A DNA stretch of 64,000 bases from Eledone cirrhosa (taxonomy: Eukaryota): assembly GCA_964016885.1 (NCBI GenBank), contig OZ024742.1:26412001-26476000 (forward strand), in the 5' to 3' direction. Both the position numbers and the translations under genes were made by a program. The notes beneath the pieces are model-generated. The model made no database searches. It saw only the letters and a list, made by a program, of their open reading frames with translations, and had not been told where the DNA came from. Below are positions 29,485 through 43,430 of the stretch, piece by piece; within the stretch, counting starts at the first letter, position 1; each line of letters begins with the position of its first letter.

Positions 29485-29672
29485 GGTGGAATTGGCAGTA
29501 TCGGTAGAGGGTGGACGCCATGCTTTGACGCATAGAGTTACGGCCCTTATCATTCTGAGTTCAAATCCCGCCGCGGTTAACTTTGCCTTTCATCCTTACG
29601 GGGTCGATAAAATAAAGTACCAGTAATGCACTGGAGAATTGCTGGCTTTGTGCCAAAAGTAGAAACAATTAT
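29485..29672 (+). mobile_element. SINE, well conserved; other copies at 30028-30215 (-), 32575-32764 (+), 37500-37655 (+), 48210-48342 (+) and 51618-51830 (+)
   Basis: Full head, core and tail as in 12590-12978. Confidence 0.85.
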
Positions 29673-30278
29673 CATACAAAGCATTGGAAAGATATATTGC
29701 TTTTAAAAAAGTACTTTAATATTTTCCGTATAAGCATTTCAGATATAATAATTTAAAATTGTTGAACTGGTGAGCAGGTGTTACTTATTACTTGAATATA
29801 ATTTAATCACGTTAATACCGCTATCTATTTTGCTAAACCACTATAAGCTTTGGAATTCCTCGCAGCATATTGAAGTGAATGAAGTAGAAAAGTGAAATTA
29901 CACGAATTTTACAACTATGAATAATCAACAGAACAACATGATGCCGGGAAAATATATAAATATTAGCCACAATTTCTAATTTTTTATCATTCGAAACAAT
30001 GGTTCTCCAATGGTTTTCTTCACAATATATAATTGTTTCTACTTTTGGCACAAGGCAAGCAATTACCCAGTACATTACTGGTACTTTATTTTATCGACCC
30101 CGTAAGGATGAAAGGCAAAGTTAACCTCCACGGGATTTGAACTCAGACCGTAAAGGAACGTAACTATGCTGGAAAGCATGGCGTCCGACTCTCTACCGAT
30201 ACTGCCAATCCACCGAATGTCACATGGAAAGCATTGTTTCAGTTTAATATCAGCTTTGATACTTTTATATTTTTATGC

Positions 30279-30309
<31 letters not shown>

Positions 30310-30353
30310 CTTTTTCGGATTATATTACTGTGAGAGCCCTGGTTTTCTGTTGA

Positions 30354-30436
30354 GCTCTGCTGATGATTGAAATTCCAACCGTGACCATCTCCACTGAAAG
30401 TTTTCATGAAATAGACCTTTTAAGACTATACAGAGC
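30354..30436 (+). ncRNA. Type I hammerhead ribozyme (family C)
   Basis: gctctg-CTGATGA-[tgaaa...tttca stem II]-GAAA-tag...cta-TA-cagagc. Perfect 6-bp stem I and an AUA triplet. Confidence 0.82.
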
Positions 30437-30581
30437 ATTTGATGTTATTCCAAATTGAAGGATAAGTGTTTCAAACTTTATTTTATCATGAGTTAAAGGT
30501 CTATAGATTTTCCCTGGATTTTACTAAATTCTGTGGATGAATTTATATCCTGATTCTCTTTTGAGATGAGTTTGAGTTATT

Positions 30582-30809
30582 TTTCCTAAATCTTTCGTTA
30601 ACTACTTTTCCCATCTTGACGTTATAGTCGCATATATGTTATAGAATGCCGTTAGCTTCTTGCTAAAACAATCTCTATACCTCTCATTTATATATATATA
30701 TATAAATGAGAGGTATAGAGATTGTTTTAGCAAGAAGCTAACGGCATTCTATAACATATATGCGACTATAACGTCAAGATGGGAAAAGTAGTTAACGAAA
30801 GATTTATGA

Positions 30810-30812
<3 letters not shown>
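30582..30812. repeat. Near-perfect ~230-bp palindrome centred on a short (TA)n
   Basis: Arms ttttcctaaatctttcg...cctctcattta and taaatgagagg...cgaaagatttatgaaaa, with about one mismatch. It ends the family C insert (~30309-30812). Confidence 0.9.
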
Positions 30813-31304
<492 letters not shown>

Positions 31305-31690
31305 AGTTGCACAGGACAACAACTAACAAAGAATGATCATTTAAATGCCGTGCCATGAATATCATATGTAAGTGTGCTAGTTTATATAACAGTTTTGTAG
31401 CACAGGTGTTTGGCGGAAAATATCAGCTGAGGTAACAACGAAACACTAGCAACTATATTTATTGTTTGAAATGGTCACAGCATGAGATAACTTTTTAAAT
31501 AGATTTGTGTATGTACGTGTGTGACAATGAAAGAGATATACTATCTAAGCTGCATGATATATAATGGGCGAAAGAAAATAATAGAAAATCTAGAGTAAGC
31601 TTGCTACAGTGATATATCTCTAATATATAATAGCTGATATTTCTCTTTTGCCCGTTTTATGTTTGATAGCATATATATATATATATATAT

Positions 31691-32110
31691 AGGAACCAGT
31701 AAGACCCCGACAGCTGAGCTCAAGCCGTTTCGACGGCTAATTCTGGACTGAATTAGCCGTCGAAATGAGTCCAGAATTAGCCGTCGAAACGGCTTGAGCT
31801 CAGCTGTCGGGGTCTTACTGGTTCCTATTACCCACTCTACTACCTCAAGTATTGAGTACTTTGGTGCGTTATGGTCCACCTCGTTCCTTACCACATTTCC
31901 TTCGTTATATATATATATATATATATATAGGAAATGGTATGACCCCGACAGCAGAACTCAAGTCGTTCCGACGAGTCCAGAAATAGCTGTCGAAACGGCT
32001 TGAGCTCTGCCGTCGTGGTCATACCTTTTCCTAATACCCACTCTACTACCCTAAGTATTGAGTACTCTGGTCCGTTAAGGTCCATCTGTTTCGTTACCAC
32101 AATTCCCTCG

Positions 32111-32112
<2 letters not shown>
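31691..32112. mobile_element. Two tandem fold-back stubs (family D) carrying the 3' half of a hammerhead; further copies at 37928-38062 and 45741-45921
   Basis: Each copy is a hairpin plus a shared tail (...cccactctactaccctaagtattgagtactctggt...). Second copy: ccGACGA-gtcc...gtc-GAAA-CGGC-ttgagctct-GCCG-TC. All copies lie in (TA)n. Confidence 0.75.
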
Positions 32113-32164
<52 letters not shown>

Positions 32165-32197
32165 GGAGATAGAGAGAGGGAGAGAGAGAGAGAGAGG

Positions 32198-32231
<34 letters not shown>

Positions 32232-33488
32232 ATTTTAATTTTATTGAGTTAAATATGGGATCCTTTCTGTGTACTTACTTCTATAGAGCAATATTACTAC
32301 AAACCGGATTACCCATATTCCTGAACGGAAAACCAGACATCTTTTCTCAATCCCACCATTCTTAGAATCGAGTATTCTTCTAATCCTTATTGCAGCAGTC
32401 TATAATTCACGGTTATTGTCTATAGCCCCATTCATTCATTAAAGTGAAAAATATCGTTCAAAATTTCGGATCTGGACAAAGATTCATTTAACTTAGAAAG
32501 GGAATATATGTTTTCTTCTTTTTATATAAAACAGTAGTTATTGTCAGGTCAGTATAAAATAATATTATTATTCATGGATTGGCACTATCGGTAGAGGGTC
32601 GGGCGCCATGCTTTGAAGCATAGAGTTACCTCCCTTTATGATCTGAGTTCAAATCCCACCGAGGTTAACTTTGCCTTTCATCCTTACGGGGTCGATAAAA
32701 TAAAGTATCAGTAATGCACTGGGGTAATTGCTGGCATTGTGACAAAAGTAGAAACAATTATTATTCATTACTGCATTTATTGTAAGGAAACAAATTGGTT
32801 TTTAAGTAAAATATATAATTTATGTGTGTATCATCATTGAATGAAATCTGCATATCAGATATGACAAAATTACGCGCCAGGTTTTGCTAGCCATTCATCG
32901 ACTGCAAACTTCTTAATCGTAACCTACAAAACTTAAGATTGTCTGAACTGATTGGAATTGTGTCCTTTGATGTTGTTCTCAGATATAATTTTAAAACCTC
33001 TAGATACATATTTTGTTTAATAAACCTTTTTGAGAATGTCAGGTGACAAAAATATTTCGACACACATTAAAAAAAAATGTGAGTGTAAGGTATTTTTATT
33101 GACCACATATAACGCACATACACACACGTATATATATAAATATAAATATAAATATATATTAAAAAAAAAATATATATATATATATATATAGATAGATATA
33201 TATAGATATAGAGATTTAAATATATATATATATATATACTTATATTTATATATTTATACATTATATATATGTAAATTGGTGAAAGTGGCAAAGGCTATGA
33301 TTACAGTATTAGAGACGAAGTGTCTTTATATGATAGACATAATGTGCTATAAAGTTATCGAGGCGTAAAGAATTATTGCTAATGGTTTATTGAATCTGAA
33401 TATCTCACATCACCAGAGTACCTGGTTTAAAATACCAGACATTTTATGTTATAGATCACTTCGATAATATAGAGGTACCTGAAGTATA

Positions 33489-33563
<75 letters not shown>

Positions 33564-33586
33564 GTATATATATATATACGCTTATA

Positions 33587-33618
<32 letters not shown>

Positions 33619-33678
33619 CATACATACATATACATATAAATATATATATATATACATACATATATATATACATAATGA

Positions 33679-33719
<41 letters not shown>

Positions 33720-33724
33720 ATGTG

Positions 33725-33784
<60 letters not shown>

Positions 33785-34117
33785 GTGAGAGCGGAACCTC
33801 AGGCTGGATAATGGAATATGTTATGATTAAGAACCTGCTGTTAAGAGAGCTGTGAGAACTTAAGATATACAAAGAGCCTCGCTGAAAGGGTAATGACCAA
33901 CGTAAGATACAGAACGAGGCTGTAAATATCTGAACGCTTTTCTCTCTTTATGTCTGACCCTCCACTTCTCATATATTGGTCTGTATACATCATTCCATCC
34001 ATCCACCCCAACCATATATATATAATAATATATATATATATATATATATTACTCTTTTACTCTTTTACCTGTTTCAGCCATCCGGCTGAGGCCACATACG
34101 TACATACACAAACACAC

Positions 34118-34196
<79 letters not shown>

Positions 34197-34262
34197 TATG
34201 TATATATTTATGTATATATATATATATATATATATATACATACATATATATGTATATATTTA

Positions 34263-34329
<67 letters not shown>

Positions 34330-34625
34330 ATATGTATCATATGTATATATATTTATATATGTGTGTATATATGCTATATGTACATATATATATATATATG
34401 TATGTATGTATCTACAAGTTTCATTCTGCATTATGTAGATAAGTGATAAATTCATATTAGACCAGTTGTTATGACAAGAGTAATAATTACCTTCCTGGAA
34501 CAAGTCATCTTGGTCAAAATGTCCGTGATATGAATGCTACTCCAGCTGGGCAACTATTTTGTATAACATTCCACATATATCAAAATATAAATCTAGTAAT
34601 ATATACCCCCACATGAATTCCGCAC

Positions 34626-34717
<92 letters not shown>

Positions 34718-34721
34718 ATGA

Positions 34722-34786
<65 letters not shown>

Positions 34787-34861
34787 AAACTGGAACGGGA
34801 GCAAAAACAGAGAGGCAGTGCAAACAAAGTTTTATTAGTTTCATATATATATATATGAATG

Positions 34862-34921
<60 letters not shown>

Positions 34922-34935
34922 AATGTATATGTATA

Positions 34936-34967
<32 letters not shown>

Positions 34968-35057
34968 CACATATATATATTGAACAGAATTAATGCTGAT
35001 TCTCGTAAATGTATATATATGCGTGGGTGCGTGTATATGTGTGTGTGTGTGTGCAAT

Positions 35058-35258
35058 TACGAGTGTCAGCTGACTCGTTCATAGGGTGAACAAATACTCT
35101 CAGGGAATGACCATATGAGGTGATCTTTCAGCATAGTCTTTGGAAAGAAATAAAGTATATATTAATAAGAATAACTGGAGTTAATTCTTGTCAGATTTCA
35201 CAGTTCTAGAATTGCTCCATTCATAGTCATCCTATGATCTCTTCAACCGACCCTCGAT
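35058..35258. mobile_element. Mariner-derived MITE remnant
   Basis: Imperfect TIRs: tacgagtgtcagctga...catagg and cctatga...tcaaccgaccctcg. Confidence 0.45.
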
Positions 35259-38200
35259 ACACACACTCTCAGACACACACACACAGAGTTGCACACATAT
35301 ATATATGTATATATAGATATATAATGTTATATGCATATGTGATCATTACCATAATGAGTACTGACATCCAAAATAGAGATTATAAGTGTTTTTATTAAGG
35401 CAAGATTTGAATCTTGTTGATCTAGAAATTTCCCCCGTGTACTGAAAATATCATCAGACAAAGATATATTTTCAGATGATAGGGAAAGTGTATATATATA
35501 TAAAAGAATCCCACAGGTTAAAGGAGGAATGGAATAGACAGGGGGGGGGGAGTAGGTTGTAGGTACTGACGCATGTTACTGAGTAACTTGAAATATTAAT
35601 GGTGACATATATGCTTACAGAGAAGAAGCGAACAAAAATAAGAGAGTAAATGGAGCTATAGAAAAGAATGTAAATGAATAGAACATTGAGAAAGAAAATT
35701 AAACGGAAAAGCAGAGGGGTGTGTAAATAGACGTGGAGCGGCGAATAGAAATTGATATAAATTCAATTTATTAAAGTCTTCGTATGAATGGTGGGGGTTA
35801 TCCGTAAAATATAGGTGTTAGTTACACGATTGTAAAAGGAAATAAACTAGAGTTTCATTGATTTAATTATAAACCCAAGCAATATTATATATTTAACTAC
35901 ACTGTAGTTTATATACAGAGTGCATATTGACATCAAAATATATAAACACCTACTTATGTATTTGTGTTTTGTTATTTACTTTATATTATACAAGGTTTCT
36001 TTTAGCAATTGAACATTCACAATGTTATACATCATGCAATATTATAGAAGATAACTTTCTGAAAGACCGAACATAAAATAAAATATGTTTTATGTTAAAT
36101 TAAAGAGTATAATAGGTATACAATCTATATAAAGTCTCTACTATTATGCCGATGGCTCTAGTTCATCCTTTCAGGAAAATTAGAAGATTATGTCCCGTAT
36201 AATACGTAAACACTGCATAAAGAAGGAACAAGCAAACATGAAATAATTGGAATCCTTATAAACCAGAATATCCGCTTATATTTGAATAAAACGGTATAGA
36301 ATTTGATAAAATCGGTTCGTTGACTACTACATTTTAAACATAAATCCATAGAAATTCTATAGAACAATTTACGATAACAATGGAAGAAGGAGATATAATA
36401 TCTGTTGAAAAAAAAAATTTGGAACTGTTTGGAATACTATTTGTGTGGAATACTGTTTGTACAATAAAAATAATTCATGGATATAAGATGTGATAGGAAC
36501 GTTATCATTTGAAAGAACATTTTTTGAAACCTTACAGTTAAGAATTTAAAGGATGCTATGAAGTATTTCAGCAATGGAAACGAAAATTTAGCCTTGCTTA
36601 TTGCCAACGTAAACTACTGTTGAATGCTGCGCTGGATTAGTATTACGGTTTAAGCATTGGGCTGTATGCTTTAAGCTGTGCAATCTTGTTCCTAATGTTC
36701 TGTGTTCAAATCCTTCAAATATTTACTTTACTTTACCTCTTTCGAGAAAATGAAGTGCCAGTGAAGTACTGATATATATGTATGTGACTATCATTTCTTC
36801 CGAAATTTCTTACGTTGAGACTAGGTAAGGAATCAGTATTAGGGATCAGGGGCAGTTAATTAACATACATTTCAAGCAGAAATGACAACACGTTTATAAA
36901 TAATAATGAATAAATACCACAGTAGACTAATGTTGAGGTGTATTAAAACCAATGGCACCTAATAACTCTCAAAACATGATTCCATCTAATGACATGTGTA
37001 CAGCTAATCAAAATATCGAAGCTCTCGCCCAATAGATTGATTAACTATTTACACACAAACAATTAATTTTTGAACGGATCTATATTTTACTGCCATTAAC
37101 AGTTTCTTAACATACAAATTCACACCAGAGCTGCTACAGGTTCTGCTTAGCTCCGACGGGAAAGATAATAAATCTGTTGTTAATGTCGCAAGGTATGTTC
37201 TCCTAGAATTCATAATTAATTCTCGGAGATAAACATTAAGCTACAATATCTGCGGTAGTACACATAGAAATGGCGTAGAGAAATGACATAGTTAATATCT
37301 AAAAAAGTTACGCCCTTATGTGGCCAGTATTTCTGTTGAGTTAATACCAGATTTTAAAAGGCTGTTGAATATATCAAAAAATATATATCTAAATAAAACA
37401 ACAGAAGTCTAGGTATTAGTGTTGTTATATATGGAATGTCACCTACAGGCTTCAATATTGAACACCTCTAAAGAATATAAAGTGTAGATATTATCTAAAG
37501 GTTGGCAGTATCGGTAGAGAGTGGTACGCCATGCTTTTCAGCATAGAGATACATCCCTTTACGGTCTGCGTTCCAATTCCTCCAAGGTTAACAATAAAAT
37601 AAACCACCAGTAATGCACTGGGGTAATTGCTGGCCTTGTCTCAAACGTAGAAACTTTTATCTAAAACCATGTAAGTCCAACATTCCAGTATAAATATTTA
37701 AAATGGTAGAATGTCATCAAACATTGAGACTGTTTAATTTGACTATAGTGATTTATTTGCCGTCACTTGATCCTCACCCAACTTATTAGCTTATTCAGTT
37801 TGCACAGCAGGGTTTTCATATTGACATCTTTTATTTTGACAACATTGTTATGTCATACATGAAGGCTTTCCTTGGGGAGTGAATATTTATATATATTTAC
37901 ATATATATATATATATATATATATATAGGAAAATGTATGTCCCCGACGGCAGAGCTCTGCCGTTGGGGTCGTAAATGTTCCTATTACCCACTCTACTACC
38001 CAAAGTATTGACTACTCTGGTGCATTATGGTCCACCTGGTTCTTTACGACAGCTCCTTCGTTATATATATACTTATCTTTCTCTCTCTCTATATATATAT
38101 ACGTTGGTAGAAATCTGTAGATGAATGATCTAGAAAAACAGTGTCCCCTTTTTAATATGTTTGATCATGTGCCTGAATAAATTGCCAGATTATACGTTCC

Positions 38201-38285
38201 TCCTCCAATATACTTTGATGGCCCTGACTGGATCCCGAAACCAATGGTAGCACATACATGTGAAGTGTATGAAACTTTGGTTATA

Positions 38286-38348
<63 letters not shown>

Positions 38349-38349
38349 C

Positions 38350-38560
38350 AGATTACTTAGCTGTAGAAATGAGTTGTGACGTCACTGTTTCCAATCTATA
38401 TCGCTGTACGGAAATTGACTTTCCCTTGGACAACGTCGGTGGCGTGGAGAGGGGAGACTGGAATGCATGTGTGACTGCTGGTCTTCAACAAACAAACTTG
38501 CTTGGACTTGTGCATCGGATGCGAACATTCTATGTGCAATGCCCTCGTTATTTGTGACCG
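38350..38560 (+). mobile_element. Internal fragment of a cephalopod-type SINE
   Basis: cttagctgtagaaatgagttgtgacgtcactg...cccttgga...ggcgtggagaggggagactgg matches a recalled octopus repeat. Not database-verified. Confidence 0.5.
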
Positions 38561-38892
38561 AAGAAGGTCTTTACTCTTAAATATATATGTATATATCATC
38601 AAACAGACAGATATAAGCTGTAACTAGCATGTCCCAGAGACAAATCCAAGTTTAGATATAACACAATACACTATAAGTGACCACGGTGTATTATTTAATA
38701 CTGAGAATTAAACCCAAACTGCGGCTCTCATGGCTTTGGTATATCTATGTTGAGGTTAACTCTGAGCTGGAAATCGATGACAAATTATGTAGAACTAAAA
38801 ATACTACAACTATATTTATTTAAGTCTAGCATATATCGGAAAGTCGGAAAATGATTTTTTTTTTTGCTGAACTTTTGCATATATATATATAT

Positions 38893-39706
38893 ATTGATAT
38901 TTTTTATCTGTTTGTCCCGAATCTTCCTTTATCGATTTTTTATCGTATGGTTGATTGTAGACTTGTTCTATATGTGACGGTATTTTAACGATAGTTATAG
39001 CTCTGATTCATCTGAATTATTGAGCCCTCTGCCGCTCATTTCGAATTTTGTTTATCGTGAACTCGTGCGCCGATTTTTCGATACTCGATCTTTCTAATAT
39101 TTTTAGCTCTGGACATAGCTATCCACCAGTTAATTTTATTGCTCATTTTTTGTCGATTCTATTGAGTGATGAATAGCTTTTGTTTTATTTTAACATGTCT
39201 ATTGAGCACTCTTATTCGATATGTGTATTTCCACATTCCCTCGAATTGTTTTCGCGGATATAGGGGTTATCTCCCTTGTCTAATGCCATGTGCGTTTTTC
39301 ACTGGTAGTTAGCCCCTTTTCCGCTAGGAAAAGAGCTCGTTGAGAAAGTAAACTCCGTTCCGCTTACTCTAGTAGGCTTTTATATTTATATGTGAGCTGA
39401 TAGAGTACAGTCTAAGGATTTACAGAAACCCATGAAGCTAGATTTAACACCTTTCTAGTGGGTCCGGGTATGATTTTACATTCATTTAAATTATTGATGT
39501 ATTGTTTTATTGATATTTTTTATCTGTTTGTCCCGAATCTTCCTTTATCGATTTTTTATCGTATGGTTGATTGTAGACTTGTTCTATATGTGACGGTATT
39601 TTAACGATAGTTATAGCTCTGATTCATCTGAATTATTGAGCCCTCTGCCGCTCATTTCGAATTTTGTTTATCGTGAACTCGTGCGCCGATTTTTCGATAC
39701 TCGATC

Positions 39707-39716
<10 letters not shown>
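38893..39716. repeat. Insert with ~208-bp near-identical terminal direct repeats (period 616) between (TA)n tracts
   Basis: 38893-39100 matches 39509-39716. No coding capacity. Confidence 0.85.
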
Positions 39717-39766
<50 letters not shown>

Positions 39767-40129
39767 GTCGGAAATTAAAAAAATCGGAGAATAGACCGTT
39801 AAAACATGTTTATTTAAAACACCACCTACGTACGTTTCGCCCAGTTGGGCTTCTCAAGGGCATAAATAATCACAAGTGTTCCTTATATTGCTCGGAAAGA
39901 GTTTTTGAGGTTAAATCCGCATCAAGGTTCATTGCTCGCAAAAAATATCTTGTTTTGATTTTGCAGCAGGTCAAGGGAGGTAACTCTGGCCGGTGTTAGG
40001 GCAGTCTTTCCCAGACAATTTTTTTTTTTTTCTTTTTTTTTGCCGCATCTGTTTGTCTGAGGCTGGGTCTGGTATGCAAGGATAGTTTCCTGGGTGTTAT
40101 TTTGCAGCACCTGCCCGCCGGGGTGTTAA

Positions 40130-42175
40130 GACTCGTTGCAGGGAGATCCGGTGTACGGTTTCACTCCTCATCCTTAACCCATCTGAAGAAGGATATTTTT
40201 AAGCGATGTGTACAATTTATCGCTGTTTCAGCTCTGCTGTTGATGTGCTTGTGGGGTGCAGTTATGATGTGGTAGGGCTCCATGAGGCAAAGATCTATTT
40301 CCTCTTGAAGTTGTACGGTGCAGCCCTGTCGACAATCTCCCAGTGCGTGGACAAGCTAATGTTTAAGTCCTTTAGTGATGTGATGTAGTCCGCGAGCGAA
40401 GTGGTGTGCCTTAGATTTCTATTTGTGAAAGAGTGGAGATGTGTTCGAAACCTAATTTTGAACGGGCCGGAGGTAGCCCCTATATAATGTTTAACGCTAT
40501 TGTGGCTAGTAATAGTGCATCTATATATAACCCTATCAGTCAAGCAGTATTTTCTAAGGGGGAAGCGTCCTCTGTCGCGGCAATTGCAATTTCTGTCGCG
40601 GTTCCGTTTATTTCCCACGGTAAGGGTATCATTGTTGCTGCCTTCGTTGCTACCTACGCTACCGCAGCTGTCGTTAGCACCATTACGACCTACAGCACGC
40701 GGGGTGGTGCGATTGTTATTCTGCACGTCATGTCCTGCATGTTCCCCAGTCATTTCGTAGTTATGCTGGTTGCGTCTGCGGATGCCGTTGCCAACACTAT
40801 TGGATGCTGCCAGGGAGTTGTTAAGGCCGATATAGTTATTGTCAGGTGTAGGTGCGTCTGTGTCGAGGTGCTGTGTCTTGGTGATCTTGCTGTAGTTCGT
40901 TGTTCCTATGATGTCTGCTAGGTTAGAAGTAGTAGAGAAGGATATTTTTATATTGTTCCTATTAAGAATGTTTCTATACCTATGGTTGGGCGGGAACTTC
41001 TTCTCTAAGGGTTCGAATAACATCCGGGGTATGTTGGAGGCCACACTTCGTGAGTAGGGTGGGGGGACCATAGGACGTTACGGTGGCGATTACGTGTCCT
41101 TGTACTTTTGCTACGGGTGGTTCCATCTAGGTGACCGCTCTTATGTGTGTTAATGCGCAGTCGCCCGTTCGGTGCCCTTTCACTTTATGCTCGGGTGCAC
41201 TCTTCCTACCTCTTCCATGTTTATGTACACGAAGATGTTGGTTGGAAGGCGTTGGTAGTAGGCCGTCGCTTTTGTTGGTTTTGTAATAGGGGAATAGTTC
41301 GAGTAATCTACATTGTTCACCGTCGCCGGGGTCGTGATCTTTGGTGCGGTTATCTATTCTATTATATCCGACTTCAACGAGGTCGCCGCGTGATCGGTTA
41401 TAGGTATGGCTTACTATAACGTTTGTTTTATGAGGGGTGTGGTTTCTAGAGCTAGCGTTAGGGATGTAGGAAATTCCTCGGTTAAAGCCGGCGCTTATCA
41501 GGGCCCTATTGTAGTAATCTGCCGCTTGGTTGAAGATATCCTCATTGGCGGATAGCCTCGAGATTCTATGTGAGGTACTATAGACTATGGAGTTGAGAGT
41601 CTGCTTAGGGTCGTTGGAGACATAATTAATATAAGAGAGGCACTCTCCAGGCTTATGGTATGGCTTGTATAAGCCCGTACTCAACTCCAGGGTCACGTCT
41701 AGGAAGTTGACAACCCTGTGGTTGAGGTCCATAATTAAGGATAGGCCGTATGACTTGAAGAACCTGTGTATATGTTTGTTAAGGTTCTCTATCCTACGGG
41801 GGCTATGGTTCCTAACGGTAAACAGGGCGTCGTACCTATATACACCTCCTTGTATGGCCGGTATCTCTTCCCTAAGCTTATGTAGGTAAGTTGCTTGCGC
41901 TGAGTCACTGGACCCCATCATGACATCGAAGTTATCAGGACGGTTGGTTCTGGTCCAGTGGGAGCCTTCGAACTGGATAATGGTTCTACGCGCCGCTAGA
42001 ATTATGTCTATTTCTCTTTTAGTGAGGCTACTGTTAGATCTATCTAAGATAAGTGCCTTATTTAAGAGTATGGGGGAGATAGAGGCGTAGTAACTATATA
42101 TATCAAACTGGATGAATTTCAGGGTGGCTTTATCCTGCAACTCGGTGAACCAATTTATGACCAGGTCGGTGTTGC
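40130..42175 (-). pseudogene. Penelope RT plus GIY-YIG endonuclease, broken ORF
   Basis: RT: QFDIYSYYASI, MMGSSDS, YRYDA (degenerate YxDD), NFLDV, YKPYHKP. Endonuclease: CNCR, VIYRC...HYIGATSGPFKIRF..H..SF, TSLADYI, WEIVDRA. The KCDLCLME...CTH tail is in frame in the inverted copy. Confidence 0.9.
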
Positions 42176-42627
42176 ACCGTACAACTTCAAGAGGAAATGC
42201 GATCTTTGCCTCATGGAGCTCTACCACATCATAACTGCACCCCATGAGCTCATCAACAGCAGAGCTGAAACAGCGATAAGTTGTACACATCGCTTAAAAA
42301 TATCCTTCTTCAGATGGGTTAAGGATGAGGAGTGAAACCGTAAACCGGATCTCCCTGCAACAAGTCCTAACACCCCGGCGGGCAGGCGCTGCAAAATAAC
42401 ACCCAGGAAACTATCCTTGCATACCAGACCCAGCCTCAGACAAACAGATGCGGCAAAAAAAAGAAAAAAAAAATTGTCTGGGAAAGACTGCCCTAACACC
42501 GGCCAGAGTTACCTCCCTTGACCTGCTGCAAAATCAAAACAAGATATTTTTACGTGCAATGAACCTTGATGCGGATTTAACCCCAAAAACTCTTTCCGAG
42601 CAATATAAGGAACACTTGTGATTATTT

Positions 42628-42670
42628 ATGCCCTTGAGAAGCCCAACTGGGCGAAACGTACGTAGGTGGT
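42628..42670 (+). ncRNA. Minimal hammerhead, U3-A8 variant (family E); sense-strand twin at 39823-39863 (minus)
   Basis: cc-TTGAGAA-GCCC-aact-GGGC-GAAA-CGTACG-TA-gg. Palindromic stem III, but stem I is only ~2 bp. Located in the Penelope pLTR. Confidence 0.7.
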
Positions 42671-42909
42671 GTTTTAAATAAACATGTTTTAACGGTCTAT
42701 TCTCCGATTTTTTACTTTCCCACGTGCTTACGCTCTGCTAACTCTCTAGCCCACTAAATATTAACACTTCGAATATTTAATACTGCCGGCACTAGTATCG
42801 AGCACCTTTGGCATACGCTACTTGGCAAATAACTATATGTATCACCTATCCTCCCCTTTTTTCTCTTTCTCGATACGTAAATACTGTATATATATACATA
42901 TATATATAC

Positions 42910-42978
<69 letters not shown>

Positions 42979-43074
42979 AATGAAGTAATTCCGTCGGAAA
43001 TGTACAGGAAAAAAGAGTGCTCTATATAGGTTACAGAGCTTATTAGTTATGTAATAAACAACATAAGATAATTA

Positions 43075-43134
43075 TTTCATTTACAAGTGGTTTCTTGAAA
43101 GCAAACAAATCAGCTTTCAGTCGTCAGAATGAAA
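43075..43134 (-). ncRNA. Type I hammerhead ribozyme (family B)
   Basis: Reverse complement reads tttcatt-CTGACGA-ctgaaagc...gctttcaa-GAAA-ccacttg-TA-aatgaaa, with a 7-bp stem I. Confidence 0.85.
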
Positions 43135-43310
43135 AATTCCTGGTGTTTTTATTGAAAGTGGATTTGAAAGCAAAAATATAGGAAACATGAAAGTGAGGCT
43201 GAGGGGAGAAGAAAAAAAAAAGATTATAAATAATAAGTATATAAACTCACAAACACACACAATTATACATATATACATATAAATATACATATACACATAC
43301 ATAAATACAT

Positions 43311-43346
<36 letters not shown>

Positions 43347-43347
43347 G

Positions 43348-43430
<83 letters not shown>

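Larger units (their letters stand above)
39767..42870 (-). mobile_element. Penelope-like element, 5'-truncated, with inverted pLTR
   Basis: RT and GIY-YIG ORF remnants on the minus strand. About 550-bp near-identical inverted repeat (39770-40322 vs 42174-42720). Flanked by (TA)n and (TG)n. Confidence 0.92.

Noticed and set aside
41127-42290. 387-aa ORF taken as an intact protein
   Set aside because: Its first ~38 residues come from the antisense of the inverted pLTR, the YxDD motif is degenerate and the frame breaks before the endonuclease.
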